This document shows positions 58,601 to 64,000 of a DNA stretch of 64,000 nucleotides, piece after piece. Every line of letters begins with the position of its first letter. Positions within the stretch are counted from its first letter, which is position 1. The notes below the pieces were generated by a model, which saw nothing but the letters and a program-made list of their open reading frames with translations, was not told the DNA's origin and ran no database searches. The stretch covers positions 43,596 to 107,595 of the forward strand of contig JACJXS010000015.1 of the NCBI GenBank assembly GCA_020636545.1, given 5' to 3'. Source of the stretch: Chitinophagales bacterium. GTDB taxonomy: Bacteria > Bacteroidota > Bacteroidia > Chitinophagales > JADIYW01. The position numbers were made by a program, and so were the translations under genes.

Positions 58601-58905
58601 TTGCCTTTATTGCAGGATTAATTCCATTGGTTATTGCAAAAGGTGCTGGAGCAATTGGTAATAGAACTATTGGTTCATCAGCATTGGGTGGTATGTTGTT
58701 TGGTACTTTATTTGGCGTTTTGATTATTCCAGGTTTATACTATGTTTTTGCTAAGTTATCAGATGGTAAGAAATTAATTGATGATGAAGAACAACACTCA
58801 CTTAGCGAGGACTTAGTTACTGGGGAAAATAGAGACAAATTAAATAAACGTGTTAAGAAAATAATTGAAAGAATATTAAGAAGAAACAACAACGGAGAGG
58901 AATAA
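55666..58905 (+). CDS. Efflux RND transporter permease subunit (HAE1/AcrB-like)
   Basis: 1079 aa, 12-TM AcrB architecture, ..VLAIGIVVDNAIVVVE... Confidence 0.93.
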   Translation: MFSKFIQRPVLAIVISVVIVFVGVLAIEKMPISQFPDIAPTTVNISIAYPGSSADVLVKSSLITLEQAINGVQDMRYMATDATSAGEATLRIIFEPGTDPNDAVIRVKTRVDQVMPLLPELVQREGVVIMPIQPSMLMYVNLYSKNKSMDEKFLFNYATVKMIPEIQRTKGIARAQILGSRRYAMRVWLNPERMRAYNISVEDVMDAIGEQSIIGRPGRIGQSSGIAAQSLEYVLTYKGRYNTPEEYEDIIIRAKSNGESIHLRDIAKVELGSEFFDIYSNLDGHPSAAIVLKQNYGSNASDVIKEVKEKLDEMKKDFPPGMDYKISYDVSQFLDASIEQVLETLRDAFILVALVVFVFLGDWRSTLIPILAVPVSLVGAFFVIQFFGLTINLVTLFALVLAIGIVVDNAIVVVEAVHAKMEEDPEISSYKAVKKVLAEIGGAIIAITMVMVSVFIPISFMSGPVGTFYRQFSITMASSIVISAITALTLTPVLCAMLLKNQHGKPKKKGLLTRALDAFNGRFEILTEKYVNLLKRIVSRRMVTFVVLILFCVGVYFGNKFVPSGFIPNEDQGTIYAIIQTPPGSTLEQTNQVSQRLQKICEKVEGVESVSSLAGYEIMTEGRGSNAGTCLINLKSWSERSHTVKEIMEELEEKSKGIGAIIEFFEPPAIPGFGASGGFSMRLLNKTTNTDYHDFDKVNKEFMANLGKRKELTGLFTFFAANYPQYELEIDNKMAMQKGVTIGKAMENLNIMIGSTYEQGFIKYNQFFKVYVQSDPQFRRLPSDILNLFVKNEAGEMVPYSAFMKLKKGQGPNEITRFNMYNSAAIQGLPAKGYTTADAIAAIREVAKTTLPNGYDIAFDGLSYDEAMRGNESLYIFLIVLLFVYFVLAAQYESFSIPMAIILSLPVGIFGSFLVLKLMGLENNIYAQVGMIMLVGLLGKNAVLIVEFAVQKRTQGATIFDAAVEGAKVRFRPILMTSFAFIAGLIPLVIAKGAGAIGNRTIGSSALGGMLFGTLFGVLIIPGLYYVFAKLSDGKKLIDDEEQHSLSEDLVTGENRDKLNKRVKKIIERILRRNNNGEE

Positions 58906-58914
58906 TTTCTAAAT

Positions 58915-58942
58915 GGAGAACAGAGTAGAAATTCTGTTCTCC
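58915..58942 (+). other. Intra-operon hairpin between the RND permease and outer-membrane factor genes
   Basis: ggagaacag-(10 nt)-ctgttctcc with no clear T run. Possibly a partial terminator or a processing site. Confidence 0.3.
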
Positions 58943-59002
58943 AATTTAAGTTGCAAATAAATTAAATATTCAATAAATAAGACAAATAAGAATTTATAAG
59001 TT

Positions 59003-60442
59003 ATGAATAATAAACGAATCAAACAAATAGCTTTATTATTATCAGCATTGCTGATTTTTAATAGTTGCAAAATACCTAAAATTGTACAGCGTACTGAAAA
59101 TAAAATTACACCAAATTCCTACAATTCAAGTAATAATATTGATACAGTAAATACTGCTGATATTAGTTGGCGAACATTTTTTACAGATTCTAACTTAGTT
59201 AGACTGATTGATACAGCACTTGTAAACAACCAAGAGTTAATGATTACTTTGCAAGAAATTGAGATTTCTAAAAATGAAATTCGCTCAAAAAAAGGTGCTT
59301 TATTGCCTTTTGTAACTGGAAATTTAGGTATTGGCGGGGAAAAAGTTGGTCGATATACCAGTAAAGGAGCTAGCGATGCGGCACATGATATCGCACCTGA
59401 TAAAGAAATACCAGAATTTTTGCCTGATTTTAAATTAGGTTTGGCAATGGATTGGGAAATTGATATCTGGAAGAAATTGAGAAATGCTAAAAAAGCAGCG
59501 GTTAAAAGATATTTAGCAAGTGTAGAAGGTAAGAATTTTGTATTGAGTAATCTCATTGCTGAAATTGCAAAATCTTACTATGAATTAGTTGCCTTAGATA
59601 ATCAATTGGAAGCAGTCCGTCAAAATATTCAAATTCAAACAAAAGCTTTAGATGTTGTAAAAATTTTGAAAGATGCAGCTCGTGCTAATGAATTGGGTGT
59701 TCAGAAATTTGAAGCAGAAGTATATGGCACTAAAAGTAAAGAATATGAAATATTACAAGAAATTAAAGCTACAGAAAATAGAATCAATCGATTATTAGGT
59801 CGCTTTCCACAACCAATTGTCAGAAACTCTGAGAATTTTACAAAAATGCTTCCGCCAATTGTTCATACAGGCATTCCAGCTCAGTTGTTAGCCAACAGAC
59901 CAGATATTAAACAAGCTGAATTGGAATTAGATGCTTCAAAGTTAGATGTTAAAGTGGCTAAGGCTGAATTTTATCCAGCTTTAAAAATTACTGCCGAAAT
60001 TGGAATCGATGCATTTCGTCCATCGTTTTGGGTGAAAATGCCAGAATCAATTTTTAGTTCGTTAGCAGGTAGTTTTTTAGCACCTTTATTTAATAGAAAT
60101 GCTATCATGGCTGAATATTTGAATGCGAATGCAAAACAAAAACAAGCAGTTTTTAATTATGAAAAATGTATTATAAACGGGTATTATGATGTTTCTACTC
60201 AAATTTATAATATTGATAATTTGGACAAAAATTATAAATTAAAATCTCAACAAATTAATGTTTTAGATTCTGCGGTTACAACTGCAAATGATTTATTACA
60301 ATCTTCTCGTGCTGATTATTTTGAAGTATTAATGACTCAACGTGATGTTTTAGAATCCAAATTAGAATTGATAGAAACTAAAAAAGCTCAACTTAATGCA
60401 GTAATTGAAATATACAGAAGTTTAGGAGGAGGCTGGAAATAA
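59003..60442 (+). CDS. Efflux transporter outer-membrane factor lipoprotein (NodT/TolC family)
   Basis: Lipobox IFNSC and two TolC-like repeats. Third gene of the RND operon. Confidence 0.88.
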   Translation: MNNKRIKQIALLLSALLIFNSCKIPKIVQRTENKITPNSYNSSNNIDTVNTADISWRTFFTDSNLVRLIDTALVNNQELMITLQEIEISKNEIRSKKGALLPFVTGNLGIGGEKVGRYTSKGASDAAHDIAPDKEIPEFLPDFKLGLAMDWEIDIWKKLRNAKKAAVKRYLASVEGKNFVLSNLIAEIAKSYYELVALDNQLEAVRQNIQIQTKALDVVKILKDAARANELGVQKFEAEVYGTKSKEYEILQEIKATENRINRLLGRFPQPIVRNSENFTKMLPPIVHTGIPAQLLANRPDIKQAELELDASKLDVKVAKAEFYPALKITAEIGIDAFRPSFWVKMPESIFSSLAGSFLAPLFNRNAIMAEYLNANAKQKQAVFNYEKCIINGYYDVSTQIYNIDNLDKNYKLKSQQINVLDSAVTTANDLLQSSRADYFEVLMTQRDVLESKLELIETKKAQLNAVIEIYRSLGGGWK

Positions 60443-60523
60443 ATTGATATTTTAAAATTAATTTACCTAATTCAGCGATGAAATTAAAATTGTTGGATTA
60501 GGTATTTTAATTTAAAATTAAAT

Positions 60524-60545
60524 ATTAATCAAACGATTGATTAAT
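60524..60545. promoter_or_regulatory. Candidate TetR operator: 9-4-9 palindrome ATTAATCAA-ACGA-TTGATTAAT
   Basis: Perfect arms, located immediately upstream of the -7 box of the TetR gene. Confidence 0.5.
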
Positions 60546-60559
60546 TTATTTTAAGACAT

Positions 60560-60567
60560 TATTTTTG
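60560..60567 (+). promoter_or_regulatory. Candidate -7 box (TAttTTTG) for the TetR-efflux operon
   Basis: Consensus match 8 nt upstream of the TetR ATG. Confidence 0.4.
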
Positions 60568-60575
60568 TATTCGAA

Positions 60576-61193
60576 ATGGTTTCAAAAGAAGAAAGTATAT
60601 TATTTAGTGCCGAAAGACTTTTTGCTGAAAAGGGTTTTGATGGCACATCTACTCGAGAAATATCTAAGGCTGCTGATGCAAATATTTCTTTAATAGCTTA
60701 TTATTTTGGTTCAAAAGAAAAACTATTAGAAAGTATATTTGAATATAGAATAAAAGAGAGCTTGGATTTTGCATTAACCTTGATGCTAAAAGAAGATTTA
60801 TCCGCTTGGCAAAAATTAGAATTATTGATAGATAAATTTGTTGACCGTGTTAGACGATTGAAATATTTTTATTTATTGGTACAAAGAGAAAAGTTAAACC
60901 TTTCTAATCCAGCAATAATTGAAATTATTAGAAATTACCATAAAGAGTTTCTTAAAATCTATCAGACTATACTAAAAGACGGCATTAAACAAGGTGTATT
61001 AAAAACTAATTATTCTTTGGAATTAATACATTTTACTATTTCAGGAACATTGTTTAATAGTATTAATGCATTAGAATTGAAAAAAACAACTATAGATTTT
61101 ACAGACAAGATGGAACAGAAATATTATTCTGATTTAAAAAAACATTTAAAAATATTATTAAAGCATTTGTTAGGATATGAAGGGAAAATATAA
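60576..61193 (+). CDS. TetR/AcrR family transcriptional regulator
   Basis: N-terminal HTH ..LFAEKGFDGTSTREISKAADANISLIAYYFGSKEKL... Confidence 0.9.
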   Translation: MVSKEESILFSAERLFAEKGFDGTSTREISKAADANISLIAYYFGSKEKLLESIFEYRIKESLDFALTLMLKEDLSAWQKLELLIDKFVDRVRRLKYFYLLVQREKLNLSNPAIIEIIRNYHKEFLKIYQTILKDGIKQGVLKTNYSLELIHFTISGTLFNSINALELKKTTIDFTDKMEQKYYSDLKKHLKILLKHLLGYEGKI

Positions 61194-62487
61194 AATTTTA
61201 CTAGCAAGTATATTGCTTTTAGTTGGAATAAATAACTTATTTGCTCAAGAAGTAAAGATGATTTCTTTAGAGGAAGCAATACAATTAGGAGTTAAAAATT
61301 CCAAATCATTAATTATAGATCAAGCTAAAATTGATGAAGCACTAGCAAATTATAGTAAAGCAAAAAACAATAAACTGCCTGATTTGAAACTGTCAGGTTC
61401 TGCAATGGCATTATCTAAAGGAAAAATGAATTTAGAAATGATGCCTAATACTGGAAATAGCCCAAAACCTAATTCAGCATTTATGGGAAGTGCTAATTTT
61501 TCTTTTCCAATTTATGCAGGAGGCAGAATTAAAAATGGTATCAAAATAACTGAATATTTATTAGAAGCTACAAAGCTTTCTGCCGAAAATGATAAAACAG
61601 CAATAGCGTATAATATAGCTCAAGCTTATAATAATTTATTTAAAGTCAATCAAATTATTAATGTTTTAAGTGAAAATTTAAAAGCTGCCAAAGAGCGTGA
61701 TAAAGCTTTTTTAAATTTGGATAATAACGGTGTATTAGCAAGAAATGATAGATTGAAAGCTAATTTACAAACTTCAAATATTGAACTCCAATTATTGGAA
61801 GCTCAAAATAATTTTGATATAGCAAATGTAAGTATGAATTTGTTGTTAGGACTTCCTGTAGAAACACAACTTCAAGTCGATTCTGTTTATATTCAAAGTA
61901 CCGAAGATAGTATTTCTTTAAATTTTTATTTAGAACAAGCTTTTAAAAATAGGAAAGATTTACAAGCGATTGCTTTACAAAAAAAGGCGGCAGAAACACA
62001 ATCAAAGGCCGCAAAAGCACATTTAATCCCAACAATTGCATTGACAGCAGGTTATATTGCAGCAGATGTTCCACAAATTTTAAGTATGTATAATATGGCA
62101 AACATTGGCATTGGTGTGCAATATGATTTAGGTAATGTTTGGAAAAAAAATACAGATATGATGACAGCTAATGCTCAAATTAAAAAGATTGATGCAATGA
62201 ATGACATGACTCAAGACCAAATTCAATTAGAAGTTGTTCGTGATTATCAAGCCTATAATTTGGCAAATGATAAAATTAAAGTTTTTGAAAAAACATTAGC
62301 TCAAGCTAATGAGAATTATAGAATCACTAAAAATAAATTTGATAATGGTTTAGAAACCATAACAAATCTTTTAGAAGCAGATGCCGCTCAAATTACTGCA
62401 AATATTAATGTGTTGAATGCAAAAGCAGATAAATCTCTACTTTATAGAAAGTTATTACAAACAACAGGTATTTTAATTACAGAATAA
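61177..62487 (+). CDS. TolC family outer-membrane efflux protein
   Basis: Signal peptide and two TolC repeats. Overlaps the TetR gene by 17 nt. Confidence 0.85.
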   Translation: MKGKYKILLASILLLVGINNLFAQEVKMISLEEAIQLGVKNSKSLIIDQAKIDEALANYSKAKNNKLPDLKLSGSAMALSKGKMNLEMMPNTGNSPKPNSAFMGSANFSFPIYAGGRIKNGIKITEYLLEATKLSAENDKTAIAYNIAQAYNNLFKVNQIINVLSENLKAAKERDKAFLNLDNNGVLARNDRLKANLQTSNIELQLLEAQNNFDIANVSMNLLLGLPVETQLQVDSVYIQSTEDSISLNFYLEQAFKNRKDLQAIALQKKAAETQSKAAKAHLIPTIALTAGYIAADVPQILSMYNMANIGIGVQYDLGNVWKKNTDMMTANAQIKKIDAMNDMTQDQIQLEVVRDYQAYNLANDKIKVFEKTLAQANENYRITKNKFDNGLETITNLLEADAAQITANINVLNAKADKSLLYRKLLQTTGILITE

Positions 62488-62497
62488 AAATAAATTT

Positions 62498-63601
62498 ATG
62501 GAAAATATAACACCACAAAGTCCACAATCAGAAAAGAAGAAAAATATTTTATTTCCAATTATTTTAGCTATTGCTATTCTAGCAGGTGTTTTTTTTGGAT
62601 ATAAAGAATATGTACACGGACAAACGCATGAAAAAACAGACAATGCACAAGTAATGAGCAATATGACCCCGATTATTTCTAGAGTTTCAGGTTATATCAA
62701 TGAAGTAAAAGTTACAGATAATCAATTTGTACACAAAGGGGATACTTTATTGGTTTTAGACAATAGAGACCAAAAAATGTTGCTAGCACAAACTGAAGCA
62801 GCATATATAACCGCACAAAATAATATATCTGTTGCCAAATTATCAGCAAATGCTGCTTCAAAAAATATCAATACTTCTAATGCAGCAGTTAATACCGCTG
62901 ATGCACAAATTGATTTGGCAAAAGTAAATGTTTGGAAAACAACACAAGATTTTAATAGATATGCTAATTTGATAAAAGATCATTCGATTACACAACAACA
63001 ATACGAACAAGCTGTTGCTGCAAAGGAAGCTGCTGAAAAGCAATTGAAAGTATTGATGGATCAAAAAAACCAAGTGAAACAACAAACTGAAGTGGTTGTT
63101 TCTCAAACGCAAACTGCCAATCAACAAATTAGCACTGCCGATGCAATGCTAAAACAAAGAATGGTAGATGTAGAAAATGCGAAGCTAAACTTATCTTATA
63201 CTGTAATTACAGCTCCTGAAGATGGATTTGTTTCTAAAGTTCCAGTTCAAAATGGACAATTAATTCAAGCAGGAATGCAACTTTTTAGTTTAATAAAGGA
63301 TAATGACGTATGGATAGTTGCTAATTTCAAAGAAACTCAAATTTCTAAAATGTTGGAAGGGCAAAAAGTAGAAATTGAAATAGATGCATTTCCTAAACAA
63401 AAATTTGAAGGCATTGTAAGTTCATTTTCGCCAGGGACAGGTTCTTCATTTTCTGTTTTGCCACCAGATAACGCAAGTGGAAATTTTGTTAAAGTGGTTC
63501 AACGAGTACCAGTTCGGATTGATTTTAAAAATTTAGATAATGCAATTGCAAAAAAAATGCGTGTAGGCTTAAATGCCACAGTGGAAGTAATCTTAAAGTA
63601 A
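62498..63601 (+). CDS. HlyD/EmrA-family secretion adaptor
   Basis: N-terminal TM segment, a long coiled coil, and beta-barrel ..YTVITAPEDGFVSK... Confidence 0.88.
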   Translation: MENITPQSPQSEKKKNILFPIILAIAILAGVFFGYKEYVHGQTHEKTDNAQVMSNMTPIISRVSGYINEVKVTDNQFVHKGDTLLVLDNRDQKMLLAQTEAAYITAQNNISVAKLSANAASKNINTSNAAVNTADAQIDLAKVNVWKTTQDFNRYANLIKDHSITQQQYEQAVAAKEAAEKQLKVLMDQKNQVKQQTEVVVSQTQTANQQISTADAMLKQRMVDVENAKLNLSYTVITAPEDGFVSKVPVQNGQLIQAGMQLFSLIKDNDVWIVANFKETQISKMLEGQKVEIEIDAFPKQKFEGIVSSFSPGTGSSFSVLPPDNASGNFVKVVQRVPVRIDFKNLDNAIAKKMRVGLNATVEVILK

Positions 63602-63622
63602 ATTCTAGATGTAATTATAAGT

Positions 63623-64000
63623 ATGGAGCAAGATAGTTTAGTAGAATATGGTTTTCGACGTGCTATTATTACTTTAACCACTATTTTATGTGCCTTATTG
63701 GAGATTGTAGATTCTACTATTGTCAATGTCGCATTAAATGAAATGAAAGGTAATTTGGGTGCTACTTTATCAGAAGTTGGTTGGGTAGTTACTGCCTATG
63801 CAATAGGAAATGTTATTATTGTTCCAATGACAAGTTGGTTGTCTCAACAATTTGGGCGAAGAAATTATTTTGCAGCATCAATCATTCTTTTTACTGTTTT
63901 TTCATTTATGTGTGGAAATGCAACCAATATTTGGGAATTGGTGTTTTTTAGATTTATGCAAGGTCTAGGAGGCGGTGCTTTATTGGTTACTTCTCAAACT
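63623..64000 (+). CDS. DHA2-family MFS efflux permease (EmrB-like), with its 3' end beyond the window
   Basis: Absent from the ORF track because it has no stop in the window. The ATG at 63623 gives MEQDSLVEYGFRRAIITLTTILCALLEIVDSTIVNVAL..SQQFGRRN..FRFMQGLGGGAL, open to base 64000. Confidence 0.85.
   Translation, partial: MEQDSLVEYGFRRAIITLTTILCALLEIVDSTIVNVALNEMKGNLGATLSEVGWVVTAYAIGNVIIVPMTSWLSQQFGRRNYFAASIILFTVFSFMCGNATNIWELVFFRFMQGLGGGALLVTSQT

Overview
AT-rich segment (roughly 30-35% GC by eye) of a Bacteroidota, Flavobacteriia-like chromosome. From left to right: (1) A PorV-like and PorU-like type IX secretion (T9SS) gene pair on the minus strand; the PorU-like gene runs off the window start and is absent from the ORF track. 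(2) tyrS. (3) The complete str-S10-spc-alpha ribosomal supercluster, rpsL through rplQ (7.7-25.6 kb). It includes rpmD and rpmJ, which are under 60 aa and missing from the ORF track; tuf and adk are absent from the cluster. (4) carA, two tandem small Cys-rich lipoprotein genes (one broken at two poly-A tracts), rplY-prs, an orphan ilvB-like gene, housekeeping genes and rsmI. (5) At 34.06-41.91 kb, a visibly GC-richer type I restriction-modification island on the minus strand, ordered hsdM / RayT-like Y1 transposase / hsdS / four-helix-bundle (23S-IVS/Avd-like) gene / hsdR. (6) A sphingomyelinase-like EEP enzyme, smpB, lepB, a rhodanese-thioredoxin fusion, an Lnb-like DUF4105 protein, VWA, DinB and DUF1573 proteins, and an M43 metalloprotease with a T9SS tail. 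(7) An RND efflux operon, then a TetR-TolC-HlyD-MFS operon truncated at the window end. The R-M island is the unusual part. It holds several interrelated repeat families: a 20-bp perfect palindrome with a GTAC flank in four copies, all in frame inside the RayT-like gene and hsdS; 27-bp and 15/24-bp coding tandem repeats; TTGAGAA heptamer arrays at most gene junctions; a 13-bp inverted repeat bracketing the four-helix-bundle gene; and a 12-bp x4 repeat in the hsdS spacer-determining coiled coil. No rRNA, tRNA or CRISPR array was seen by eye. All family assignments come from reading the translations; no database search was possible.
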